From Pecten maximus (Eukaryota), in the NCBI RefSeq assembly GCF_902652985.1, contig NC_047019.1, positions 43,400,001 to 43,464,000 on the forward strand: a stretch of DNA of 64,000 bases, written 5' to 3'. Positions 51,601 through 64,000 of the stretch are shown here, piece after piece. The number at the start of each line of letters is the position of its first letter. Position 1 is the stretch's first letter. The notes under the pieces are model-generated. The model was given only the letters and a program-made list of their open reading frames with translations. It was not told the DNA's origin and searched no databases. A program made the position numbers and the translations under genes.

Positions 51601-54600
51601 TTGTTTTCCAGCTTCCACAGTATTTGGTTACGATTCCAGTGCCCCTGCACGAGCTGTCGTGAGGAATCCAGTGGTTTATTCAGAACCCGCCCAGCCGACA
51701 TACCGCTAGGCTTAAAGATTAAAGAGGCCGTAAAAACAGGTTAACTTTGTCTTACAAAACCAGCTTTGTTGTCGGTATTATTATTTGAGTGATGATGGCT
51801 ATTAACGAATTAACATCACCAAACTATAGTAAATCGAGACGATGTTTTAATCTTAAGTACATGCAATTGCTGTTCAAAATACCTTTTATGTTTTCTAGTG
51901 TCACTAAACCTTATTAACAGCGGTATATCACAGGAAACATAAGCTTTATTACATATCGGTTGTAAATGATTCAAACATGAATAATCAAACTAATCCTTTC
52001 TCCTTAATTACAAAATTATACTCAAGTCGCCTTTTTCGTACAATATGTTTTACGAACTAAACCCGTCAACATATATGCTTAAAAAGGTTGACGGCATATA
52101 TTCATATATCGCTACATCTTAAACGAAGTTCCCTATTACTATGCCTTTAATGAGCAAGACTTCTAAAGTTAAAGTGACTTTAAAGATTATTTAGTGCATG
52201 TAGCAATGTGTAAAGGCTTGACTTTGTAAAAGTAAATTAGAGATAACTTTACTCTATTTGTATCTACCCCACCATGTATCTACCCCACCATGTATCTACC
52301 CCAACATGTATCTACCCCACCATGTATCTACCCCACCATGTATCTACCCCAACATGTATCTACCCCACCATGTATCTACCCCACCATGTATCTACCCCAA
52401 CATGTATCTACCCCAACATGTATCTACCCCACCATGTATCTACCCCACCATGTATCTACCCCAACATGTATCTACCCCACCATGTATCTACCCCACCATG
52501 TATCTACCCCACCATGTATCAGTGAAGAGATATATACTTCGATATGATAACAACCAAAATAAAAACGTGTGTTTTAATTATTTATCTCACAAAAAACATG
52601 TTCTTGTTATAAGAAACGGGAGACGTACAGGTCCAATGGAAAGAGGAACAGCACCATGGATATTTCTCGCAGGACTTCCTTCATCAACACATATATTCCA
52701 AGGATCATTTGCAGGCGAAGAAGCAGGTGTCCAGACCGGTGTTTAACACAACGGTGAGATGGCTGGTCACACGTTTTGTATTTCCTGTTTAAGGGGACTA
52801 TCATTTAGCTTTAGTTCAATCAAAAATACCAAGGTTGGTTTGTAATGTTGTCGAAAGTCAATAGACAAATGGGAGGCAATGATAGTATACAAGTACTAGA
52901 AAACTAAGCATGCATCTTCCTTCTCTCAGCAGTATTGGTTGTCAAGTGAGATGGTGTACAATATTCAGTTCGGTTTTTTTGTACAATTTATTAGTTCCAG
53001 ATTGGTTCTTTAGTACGTTTGATTTAATGATAGCATCAGCAGTTAAAATTTTAAAAGATAACATTTACACTAAAACTTTGCTAAGAAAGTGGATTGGCGT
53101 TAAAATACATGATATACGTTAGGTTAGACAGCTAATCAGTGGTAATATCGGGTGCTATATATCGCTTTGGAAGCATGTTTGGATAACTGTCAATATATGT
53201 ACTACCTGCCAATAGCTTCATAAATAATGTTTTGAAAACGATTACCTACCCATAATAGCTTATTTTAGCTATTTTGTGTATGGTTTTTCATTGTTATCTT
53301 TTTTGTTTTTGATTTTTGGCGATTTTTGGCAACCCCACTTAGACTGGATGATATTGTTGTTGATAATTGTAATATTTGCTTCTATTGTTTATGGAAGGCA
53401 ATAACATTATGTCAAATTTTATCATTATCTGTATTTAGTCATGAGTATGTTAAAAAAAATTCAAATCTATTGTCCGAAGTTTCTTCGGCTATGAGTGTAG
53501 ATCATAAAGAGTGTTTTTAAAACAATGGTAAGATCACATGATATGGAGATCAGGGTAGTCCGTAGGTCTCATATGTACTAACTCTATACTTAATCGCGAT
53601 TTTCCAAACCATTTGCCTCTATTCTATTTCCATATTGGTAAGCTCGAATGTATCATTTCTTGACATACAGCCACGGTAGATATTAGGCTCCAGCACTGTA
53701 AACGTACACACTACCATCAAGGACAATAATCTAAAGAGGTTGTGTAATTTTGTGAAGCAGGGGATGCTATGACGAGGCTGGTCTTAGATGAAACGCATTC
53801 GTTTAAGCATAGCTAGAAAAATAAAATGTTCACAATAAGGATCGAAACTTTGAAACTACATTGTATATTCAGGAGCTTTATGTCAAATGATGTCAAAACA
53901 ACAATATCATACAATTAACACATTCCCAAAACAGATTCGATAAAGAGAAATGATAAAGAAACAAAATCACCAAGATAGAGAGAATCTATCTAATTGATAC
54001 GAAATTATAACACCGAAACGAGTGAACTCGGTTACATTTATTCGTACCTCACCTGTGTATAGAGAGCTTAGCCGACATGATAGTTTAAAAAAAAAAGTTT
54101 TGTTAATTTCAGAAAAATATCGACATAATGCCATGGGAAGATGTAAACAACTCAGAAAAGGGCCTTTACAGGTAGGACAGGTATAAATGTATAGAAACTT
54201 TACGTGTAGGATAGGTATAATTGTATACGTCTTTACAGGTAGGACAGGTATAATTGTATAGAAACTTTATGTGTAGGACATGTTTAATTGTATAAGTCTT
54301 TACAGGTAGGACAAGTATAATTGTATAGAAACTTTACGTGTAGGATAGGTATAAATGTATAGAAACTTTACGTGTAGGATAGGTATAATTGTATAGAAAC
54401 TTTATGTGTAGGATAGGTATAAATGTATAGAAACCTTACGTGTAGGATAGGTATAATTGTATAGAAACTTTATGTGTAGGATAGGTATAATTGTTTAGAA
54501 ACTTGATGTGTAGGACAGGTATAATTGTATAGAAACTTTATGTGTAGGACATGTATAATTGTATAAGTCTTTACAGGTAGGACAGGTATAATTGTATAGA

Positions 54601-57600
54601 AACTTTACGTGTAGGACAGGTATAATTGTAAAGAAACTTTATGTGTAGGACAGGTATAATTGTATAGAAACTTTATGTGTAGGACAGGTATAATTGTAAA
54701 GAAACTTGATGTGTAGGACAGGTATAATTGTATAAGTCTTTACAGGTAGGACAGGTATTATTGTATACAGTCGTTACAGGTAGGAAAGGTATAATTGTAT
54801 AAGTTTTTACAGGTATGACAGGTATAAATGTATACAGTATTTACAGGTAGGACAGACATAATCGTATACAGTCTTTACAGGTAGGACAGGTATAATTGTA
54901 TACAGTCTTTACAGGTAGGACAGGTATAATTGTGTCAGTCTTTACAGGTAGGACAGGTATAATTGTATGCAATCGTTACAAGTAGGAAATGCATATCTGT
55001 ATACGTTTTTACAGGGAGGACAGGTATAAATGTATACAGTCTTTACAGGTAGGACAGACATAATCGTATACAGTCTTTACAGGTAGGACAGGTATAATTG
55101 TATACATTCGTTACAGGTAGGACAGGTATAATTGTGTCAGTCTTTACAGGTAGGACAGGTATAATTGTATACAGTCGTTACAGGTAGGAAAGGTATAATT
55201 TTTACAGTTTTTACAGGTAGGACAGGTATAAATGTATACAGTCTTTACAGGTAGGACAGACATAATCGTATATAGTCTTTACAGGTAGGACAGGTATAAT
55301 TGTATACAGCCTTTACAGGTAGGAAAGGTATAATTTTATACAGTCTTAACAAGTAGGACAGGTATAATAGTATACAGCCTTTAAAGGTAGGAAAGGTATA
55401 ATTTCATACAGTCTTTACAGGTAGGAAAGGTATAATTGTATACAGTCTTTACAGGTAGGACAGGTATAATTGTATACAGCCTTTACAGGTAGGAAAGGTA
55501 TAATTTTATACAGTCTTAACAAGTAGGACAGGTATAATAGTATACAGCCTTTAAAGGTAGGAAAGGTATAATTTCATACAGTCTTTACAGGTAGGGACAG
55601 GTATAATTTTTACAGTTTATACAGGTAGGACAGGTATAATTGTATACAGTCTTTACAGGTAGGGACAGGTATAATAATATACAGCCTTTACATATAGGAA
55701 AGGTATAATTTTATACAGTCTTTGCAGATAGGACATATAATCTTTAGAGGCAGAACAGATACTTTTGTATACAGTTTTTGCAGGAAGGACACGTATTGGT
55801 GTATACAGTTTTACACGTAGAACACATATCTATGTATATACAGTAATCTTTACAGATAGATCATGTAATTTTGTAATCTTTACAGGTAGATCATGTAATT
55901 TTGTAATCTTTATAGGTAGATCATGTAATTTTGTAATCTTTACAGGTAGATCATGTAATTTTGTAATCTTTACAGGTAGATCATGTAATTTTGTAATCTT
56001 TACAGGTAGATCATGTAATTTTCCAAAAAGCATTACATTATTTGAATAAATGGTCACTCTTATATTCTGTATAATGAGGACAACATTTTAGAAAAGGGGG
56101 ATGGACGAAAAGTCATAGGTGTAAGGACATTTGATCGTTTGTCTATCGGAAGGCAGAATTCGTATATCACTTTATGTATGCTCCACATAAAACTAAAACC
56201 AATGATTGAATTGAAAAGGCCATCTTATACAAGATGACGAAATAGTTTAATTTTAGATTTAGTGCTATATGCGTAAAAACAAAATGGCGATGATGGAAAA
56301 AAATTCAAGTGAAGAAAAGTAACCAACCAATCACCGACCAGCAAGTGTTGTATGCTCTGGGGCCCCCAACGGGATAAAAGGCCCCATTAAGGCATATAAT
56401 GACGAAATATCAAAGAATTGTTTTCAAAAAGAAAGTTTTATTTTTATTTATTCTACTTTTTTGGTATTAGTCTTTTCAATACAGTTGACCAAGTTAGGAC
56501 GAGACAGCGTATTTAATTTCCGAAAATGTAAGCCTCCGCTAATTGGTGAATACGAGTATAAACATTAACATAGAGTAACGTATGTGATTAAATAGTGATA
56601 TTATCTAACCTTGCGGTCACATTTATTTGGTATTCAATTTATTACAGATGGTTGCGGAAGCTGAATGAAGATGGACTAGCAAAAGTATCAGGAGTTCCCA
56701 AGGAACGGGACTACCTAGAGAAAGTAAGTGTCACTTTATATTGTTTTTCAAAACAGTAATGTGAACTTTGTAAAGACAGCATTAGAGAAATAGATTTGAA
56801 ACGGATAGAAAAAAGGCCGTTAATGAGGAAAAGACGCTTGGAGAGATGACATCAAGGTTCGAGATGAACATTTATAATTACAGGAAAGTTGTCATTATCT
56901 ATCATTTTATTACTGAAATACAAACTGTAAAGGTTTACATTACCAAGGTACGATAACTTAATATCATTGGTGTGTTAACAGGTGATCAGAAAAATAGGCC
57001 CAATCATCCATACCCCATACGGCTATGTAAGTATTTACCATGTACCTGTAATGAAACAGAGAAATGGAGTGATTCTAACTCGTGTGAAAGGTAATCAAAC
57101 TTTAAAATTGATTTAACAATAATTCCCAGGTTATATAAACAGACAAAATGTAACAATGGTATAAAACATCCGTGTTGGCTCGTATAGAAGCGCGCGAGAG
57201 GTCGTACTGCAAACGAAACTAAAGAAAATACACGTCGCAATCCCTATATCTGTTGACGTTCCATCGGACAAACAATCCAACCCTTGTCGCATTGGTGAAA
57301 GTCGGCCGCGCCTACCACTGCGCCACCCGCAAACAGATCACGTGGACTGATAGGAATATTGGCTACTAATGATATAGCTGTTTAGAGAAGACATATAGAC
57401 ACATGTTTATGAAACAGAGCGCATGATTAATTAAATTTAAATCACTGCCTCCGCTAGGGATCGAACCCGGGACCCCTGGCTTACTAATCTTACGCTCAAC
57501 CGATCGAGCTAAAGAGAAGATCTCTCTAGCCGAGAGGTATATTGCGGCTAGTATTTACCAGGGTTACATACTCCCCCTCTAGGAAAGAACTCGTCCTCGA

Positions 57601-60600
57601 GTTTCCAGGAGTAACAGCGATGCTTGTGGAGCATTCCTGAGTATTTTTCCCGGGTCCCTACATGGGCGCCAATGTAACAGAGCGCATGATTAATTAAATT
57701 TAAATCACTGCCTCCGCTAGGGATCGAACCCGGGACCCCTGGCTTACTAATCTTACGCTCAACCGATCGAGCTAAAGAGAAGATCTCTCTAGCCGAGAGG
57801 TATATTGCGGCTAGTATTTACCAGGGTTACAATTATTCTTAATCTTAACTGTACATAGTTTATCATTGTAACATACCTCAAATCTGTCTTGACGGCAACT
57901 ACATATTTGATCCGTCCGTAGACAATGGCTACCTTTTTAATTCCCGCCAAGTACAAACAAAAGTGACCACAAAGGACAACACATGGACACATATAATGAT
58001 GACGTCACATAGGTATTAGTGGACAATACATACATGTATATACGTATACGGGCGATAATGAGTGGCTCACTGTAACCGACGCGACGGCCAATTCCGCGCA
58101 ACGCGGTATAACAATGCGGTATAAAATGACAATGAAAATGACCCTATTACATTTACATGTCATTTCGACACTAGCCATCATTTTTCCCCAACAGCTTTTT
58201 GAGGTAGCCACTGTTGATGACCCAGTCAACGCATCCTTCACCAGCGTGGCGCTGCATTTCCATCAAGACCTGCCGGTATATGAAGGACAGCCGGGTATCC
58301 AGTTCCTACACTGCCTCAGGTTATATACAGCCTAATGTCATACTGTATTCTCCGAGTTCTTTTTAGATAATGTATCCATTATCTCTATATGGGAATAGTG
58401 TGCTTATTTCTGTATCACGAGATGAATGATATGTGTCTGATTATAAAATCACAACTTCAAAGCAAATCACAATTCGATGATTCCACATCATGTTCACTAC
58501 TATTTATGTAGGTGGTTCATTTGTTAGTATATATATATATATATATGCACACACCGACACTTTTTTGTCCAATATAATTGATAGAAATATCTTACTTTAG
58601 ATTTGACGAGACTGTGAAAGGCGGAGTGACAAGGTTCCTTGATATGTATCAGGTACTCGCAAAGTTCCGAGTTCAGTATCCAAATGAGTTTAAGACACTG
58701 TGCAGAGTTCCTATCTCCATACAAATGGAATACGACAACAGGTACGTTTCCTCCAGCACTACCTGAGTAGCTTATATAGACAAGATAGGCGTTTCGTGAA
58801 ATGTAGTTATCTAGTTTGGATATGAACTCATACCAATCCAATATTTACAGTGACTACCCTGTTCTGATGTCCAAAAGACGACCTATAATATACCTTGATG
58901 ACCATGGAGAGGTTAGTGACATTTAGTCTCTTATATATTATTCCTTATACAAAGATAAAATCAATTCAAGTAGGACGCCACAGTGGAAGTCGTAACAGTA
59001 CATTACCAGTCGGGGTGAAAGGTTAGTGAAGGGATTCAATATCAATGTGTGTCTGCTATACAAAATTATGATGATATTGGCATGTTCAAAGAAATAATAC
59101 TCGTATTTGTTGTTGTTTGAACTGAATATGTAGTGAATAATTAATGTTGTTAAGTAAGGCACAACTTTCAAAGTCATATATCTTACTTAAAGAGAATTGT
59201 TGTCTGTTTTGCTTTGTGTGTTTTAACCGTTAAATTGACTCTCACAATGGTAATGATAAAACTGCTGCCGTTACAGTATGTGTTTGTTGTGTAGGTGATA
59301 TCGGTCGTATGGCATACGTACATGCACGCGCCATTGGAAGTTCCGGAGGTAAGGATTATTGCTTGTCCACATTGTTATTTACTTTTTAAAAGTCTGTGCA
59401 TCGCTTCATGTGCATATGATACATTGTACTTTAATCTTAATGGTTTATATGACTAAAAGGAAATCAATATACCACACACTAAATACTAACATTATTAGGT
59501 GACCACTATATACATAAATGTAACACCAATCACTGATCTTACGGTGAGGGGGCCGCGGTGGCCGAGTTGTTAATGTGTCCCGACACGTTAACACTAGCCC
59601 TCCACCTCTGGGTTGCGAGTTCGAAACCTACGTGGGGCAGTTGCCTGGTACTGACCGTAGGCCGGTGGTTTTTCTCTGGGTACTCCGGCTTTCCTCCACC
59701 TCCAAAACCTTGCACGTCCTTAAATGACCCTGGCTGTTAATAGGACGTTAAACAAAAACAAACCAAAACAAACCAAATCTTACGGTGACCACAATATAAC
59801 ACCAGTCACTAATCGTAAGCGAACGACTTTATAACACCAATAACTGACCTTACGATGACCACTATATAACACCAGTCACCAATCTTAGACCACTGTTTAA
59901 CACCAATCACTGATGTTATGTCGACCAATATAAAATAACACCAGTTACTTACCTTGTGGAGACTACTATGTAGCACCAATCTGTAACCTTATGTCAACTA
60001 CTATATAGCACCAATCTGTAACCTTATGTCAACTACTATATAGCACCAATCTGTAACCTTATGACGACCATTATATAGCACCAATCTGTAACCTTATGAC
60101 GACCATTATATAGCACCAATCTGTAACCTTATGTCAACTTCTATATAGCACCAATCTGTAACCTTATGACGACCATTATATAGCACCAATCTGTAACCTT
60201 ATGACGACCATTATATAGCACCAATCTGTAACCTTGTGTCAACTACTATATAGCACCAATCTGTAACCTTATGTCAACTACTATATAGCACCAATCTGTA
60301 ACCTTATGTCAACTACTATATAGCACCAATCTGTAACCTTGTCAACTACTATATAGCACCAATCTGTAACCTTGTCAACTACTATATAGCGCCAATCTGT
60401 AACCTTATGACGACCATTATATAGCACCGATCTGTAACCTTGTCAACTACTATATAGCACCAATCTGTAACCTTGTCAACTACTATTTAGCACCAATCTG
60501 TAACCTTATGACGGCCATTATATAGCACCAATCTGTAACTTTATGACGACCATTATATAGCACCAATCTGTAACTTTATGACGACCATTATATAGCACTA

Positions 60601-63366
60601 ATCTGTAACTTTATGACTACGACTATACAGCATCAATCACTGACTTAATGGAAACCGCTATATGTCACCAATCACTGACCTTATGGAAACTATTATATAT
60701 CACCAATCAATGACCGTATCGAAACCACTATGTAACAACAAACTCATACCTTATGTAGACCTCTGTGTAGCACCAATCACTCACCTTATGAAGATCACAT
60801 TAAAACATCAATCACTAACATTTAGAGACAGTTATATCGCATCAATCACTAACATATAGATACCGCTATATAGCAACAATCACTAACATATAGAGACTGC
60901 TATATAGCATCAATCACTAACATATAGAGACCGCTATATAGCATCAATTACTAACATATAGAGACCGCTATATAGCATCAATCACTAACATATAGAGACC
61001 GCTATATAGCATCAATCACTAACATATAGAGATCGCTATATAGCATCAATCACTAACATATAGATACCGCTATATAACACCAATCACTAACATATAGATA
61101 CCGCTATATAGCAACAATCACTAACTTTATCAAGACCGCTATATAGCGCTTATCACTAACCTTTTGTATACCAATTATAAAAACTGGTACGCTAGTATTT
61201 AGTTATTCTCTTATTTAAATGTTTTGGGATTCAAAAAATATATCGCATACTGTGTTACAGGAGGACGTCGAAGAGTTTTATAATGCTTACCAACTTCTCG
61301 GACGAGCAGTCGAGTTTTCTGAGGATGTAGTAAGTTGATAGACTATACAATGTCTCAAAATACCTGTACATTGATATTGTAAATTTTCTGTTATAATATA
61401 GCATCCCAAACATAAATATACATATGTATAAACTTTGGGATCCAGATATTAATATCATCTTAAAGACGATTTGCCACTTTGATCATATCAGGGTATTGGT
61501 CCGATCAGTACTGCGCCAATGAAACGTTCTTTTGAAGAACGATGATGTGGCGCAGCGGTATAAGCGGCTGGTATTTCTGGCAAGGCGATTGGGTGCCACA
61601 GATCGTTGAGTTCAAAGCCCGGCCGGGGCATGTGTCATGAAGTTTCTTCCCTCGTCATTTTTGTTACAATTTTTATCTAATTTTTAGCACAATGTATCGT
61701 ATGTGCTTGTACGTGTTGTTTATCCAATGGTAAAGATTTGAATTTCCTATCGTAGTTGTACTGGAATGAATATATATCTAATTTGACCAATACATTCTAT
61801 CAGATTGAGACCAAGCTGAAGCCAGGGGAGGTCATAGCGTTCAACAATAGAAGAATGTTGCACGCACGGTCCGCATACGAGGAAGGTGGTTCGGGGAAAC
61901 GTCACTTCCAGGTAAGTTAATGTTTATATCCTAACGATGATTCTAGTATATTATCATATCAATATTATCACTATTGCTTAACCAGTGTTATTGTCATGAT
62001 AACCTCTGGAAAAGTTTATCAGAACATGATATTATATATTTTTCTAGTGTGATATAGAGTTTGAGGCCACCGGCACTCATTTATCTGCTTCGTGGTTCAT
62101 AATCACACTCAACCTATAGAAACACATGATCTTATTCTAGAATTGTCTGAATTAGTTTTATAGAATTTGAGATTCTTTTTACAGGTTACACGTCAATATC
62201 CTCCTGTTTTTATCTGTCACTATTGGAGGTATTTTTTTTTTATCTTAGCGAGTTACATACGCATGCTCTTTATCAGGTGATGTTTACGCCTACCTCTTGA
62301 ATCTGTCATAAAATATCAATATCGCTTATATCGTAATGGCAGAGGTACACGGTACCTTAACACGCGTCTTTGAAATATAAAACACATTAAGATAGTATGA
62401 GTGTGTCTAAATCAACTTACCAAGTGCTGCCACCTAATAACCACGGCATGGAATGATGTCATAGTTGAAGTCGCTCGTTGCCATCAATGAATATAGTTCA
62501 TAATGGTGGCATTCATAACTCTGAATAGTAAGAATGGTGTCAAAACTTTAAATTACTTGCAGTGTCTAAAGTAAATCAAAAGTTCACACACACATATGGG
62601 TTTTTTTCATAGCACACCAATAGATTTAATCATCTCCTTAGTTTACACTATTACGTTTTAACTCATTCTTATTTGACTAATTATAAATGACATTATGAGT
62701 TACCAATGGAAACACCAGACACTTATCTAACATTTTCTAACATTTGCATCAAATACAAAAGTGATTTATCTAAATCGGCTTTTATTTTCACGGTTCATTT
62801 TTCATTCCCCTCGGCAGGTAAAAAATATAAATCTGTGCGTACAATTACGGGAAAGCAAAAATGGTATACACACATCTGTAATTGATAGGCGTTACCAGGG
62901 TTGGGGAGCTCTGTGGTCATCTCCTTGAACGATAGTATTGTCATCTCGCAAATTATTTTTTATGCATACACTGTATCTATAATAGTCATAGGGGAGGAGC
63001 CTTTTTGGGGAAAAAATGTATTCTATTATGATTTAAGGGGGTAGCTTTTGGGGAAATTGCCAAGTAATACAATAAAGGTGAGTAATTTGATAAAATGCTA
63101 TGAATTGTAATGTACACAAATAATTTAACAATGGACAAATAGTAGAATTGAACTTCTATCTTAATATTTCATCAGTTTCCTACATGTACGAAGAATAAAA
63201 TATTTGTAAAGACAACAAATACGTTACATTACAAAACACAATAAATTTATTATTTCAGGGAGGATATCTCAGTGGAGACGATTTCAAAAGCAGACTTTTA
63301 GTTCTGGCAAAGAAAATGGGAGATCCAAGGCCTGCGATCAGAATTGGAAACAATGACTGGAGATAA
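45612..63366 (+). CDS. Gamma-butyrobetaine dioxygenase-like Fe(II)/2-oxoglutarate dioxygenase (BBOX1/TMLHE/TauD family); start exon uncertain
   Basis: Phase-consistent GT-AG exons: 45612-45703, 51612-51739, 52614-52753, 54113-54171, 56648-56723, 56982-57026, 58195-58319, 58601-58741, 58851-58911, 59295-59348, 61261-61329, 61804-61911, 63259-63366(TAA). Zn motif WLRFQCPCTSC..H, iron ligands HQD and LH in FNNRRMLHAR, PGIQFLHC, RHFQGGY. Confidence 0.92.
46200..48666. repeat. 39 bp intronic satellite (ttgagatgacggttatatttacatgttgataaccctctg), ~60 units
   Basis: Direct reading; explains ORFs 46100..46381 and 48523..48795. Confidence 0.96.
49886..51254. mobile_element. Non-autonomous Kolobok-type DNA transposon (~1.37 kb) in a BBOX-like intron
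   Basis: TTAA at 49882-49885 and TTGA at 51255-51258; TIR aggaagttgtgcat vs aggaggtggtgcat (12/14); subterminal cggcccacggc / gccgtgggccg inverted match. Confidence 0.72.
52258..52520. repeat. 16 bp minisatellite (catgtatctaccccac/aa), ~16 units
   Basis: Direct reading; produces ORFs in all three + frames. Confidence 0.96.
54164..56022. repeat. ~34 bp satellite (ctttacaggtaggacaggtataattgtatacagt) starting at an exon/intron junction and ending in a 30 bp variant array (~55846-56022)
   Basis: The first unit overlaps the end of exon 54113-54171 and its GT donor. Confidence 0.95.
57410..57831 (-). mobile_element. TRIM (miniature LTR retrotransposon) with tRNA-derived LTRs, Helenus-like
   Basis: Two 159 bp TG..CA LTRs (57410-57568, 57673-57831; 158/159 identical); 104 bp internal region with PBS tggcgcccatgtagggac and PPT agagggggag on -; tRNA-like A and B boxes in each LTR; flanks ttta/atta. 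Confidence 0.88.
59490..61165. repeat. 34-35 bp satellite (tatatagcaccaatctgtaaccttatgtcaactac, grading into tatatagcatcaatcactaacatatagagaccgc)
   Basis: Direct reading; two homogeneous sub-arrays with degenerate flanks. Confidence 0.93.
59548..59776 (+). mobile_element. Full-length tRNA-derived SINE (V-SINE-like core)
   Basis: A box ggtggccgagttg, B box gagttcgaaac, core ggtttttctctgggtactccggctttcctcc, (aaacc/aaac)n tail, perfect 12 bp TSD atcttacggtga (59536-59547 and 59777-59788). Confidence 0.9.
61545..61660 (+). mobile_element. tRNA-derived SINE-like head
   Basis: gtggcgcagcggtataagcg A box and gagttcaaagcc B box without a proper cloverleaf; extent uncertain. Confidence 0.5.
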
Positions 63367-64000
63367 ACGTCCAGCCGTCAAGATGTGTTTTGTCATTAAG
63401 CATCGCCATCATTTGACATAATCGCCCAATAGTGTATATCGAACGATAATCCGGCAGTAAAAGGCTTTCACAAACGCAACAAAAAGACAATACCAATATC
63501 GTTGTATCCTGACATTTAAATACTGGCTATTAAGTTGGAAAAGTTAAATACTCATCACAGACATTGTTAAATATATCTTCTTTAATGTAGTAATAGTAAA
63601 AACAATATGTATATACAATATAGCTGGAAATTTATACTATATTACCAATTTAATCCAAAATTTTCTTAATATCTGATAATATTGAAAAAAGCCCATCTAC
63701 ATGCATGCATTATTTAACGTTATTAACTATATAACCTGTTAACACTTTCAATGAACTTGCTTGACAAATATAGTTGCTATTTTAGTATGGTCCTAACCTT
63801 ACCCATCAAAATATGTTTCCCAGTTTTTAGTTTGTCCTGATCTTGTGTCAAAATTACCCAAATCTTGATAACGGTTCTGTTCTTGTATTGAAATCTCCCA
63901 ATTTTATTGTTTGTTCACGGCCACATATTCCCGACAGTAGATCTATGTCAGGGTTAAACTCTATGAAAACTACTAGTCCCAAATATTAACCTTTATGTTA

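Noticed and set aside
52258-52746. Pro/His/Cys-rich repeat protein ORFs in three frames
   Set aside because: A 16 bp minisatellite without stops on +; the real exon (52614-52753) is in a different frame from the long ORF.
57446-57518. Two tRNA-Thr(AGT) genes (also ~57709-57781)
   Set aside because: The anticodon stem does not pair and both lie inside the LTRs of a TRIM.
507-63366. Functional betaine/osmolyte gene cluster (choline dehydrogenase-like + K+ channels + BBOX-like)
   Set aside because: Adjacency alone is weak evidence in an animal genome, the GMC lacks catalytic residues and no shared regulation is visible; it would need conserved synteny and co-expression.

Overview
AT-rich, intron-containing animal DNA; the repeat families and gene structure suggest a mollusc, probably a bivalve (inference). 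Left to right: (1) the last nine exons of a GMC-oxidoreductase gene on + (507-7464) that appears to have lost both catalytic residues, with a tRNA-Thr(CGT) gene, a mariner relic and a Kolobok-type MITE in its introns. (2) A tandem cluster of four two-exon, divergent Shaw/Kv3-like potassium-channel genes on - (11495-41555). Each has a ~235-265 aa Cys-containing, sequon-rich extracellular insert between S1 and S2 that differs strongly among copies, while S2-S6 is nearly identical at DNA level in a mosaic pattern. Copies 1 and 2 come from a recent ~7.1-7.6 kb tandem duplication that also duplicated the GMC last exon and cut off most of copy 1's T1 exon. (3) A gamma-butyrobetaine dioxygenase (BBOX1/TauD)-like gene on + with 13 traced coding exons (45612-63366). 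Its introns hold several satellites, a Kolobok-type element, SINEs and a tRNA-containing TRIM. Intergenic DNA contains L1/Tx1 and CR1-group relics and a Crypton-derived element nested in a TA-flanked transposon. The best candidate for a new system is the channel cluster with diversified receptor-like ectodomains. All exon boundaries, alignments and counts were read by eye, not computed.
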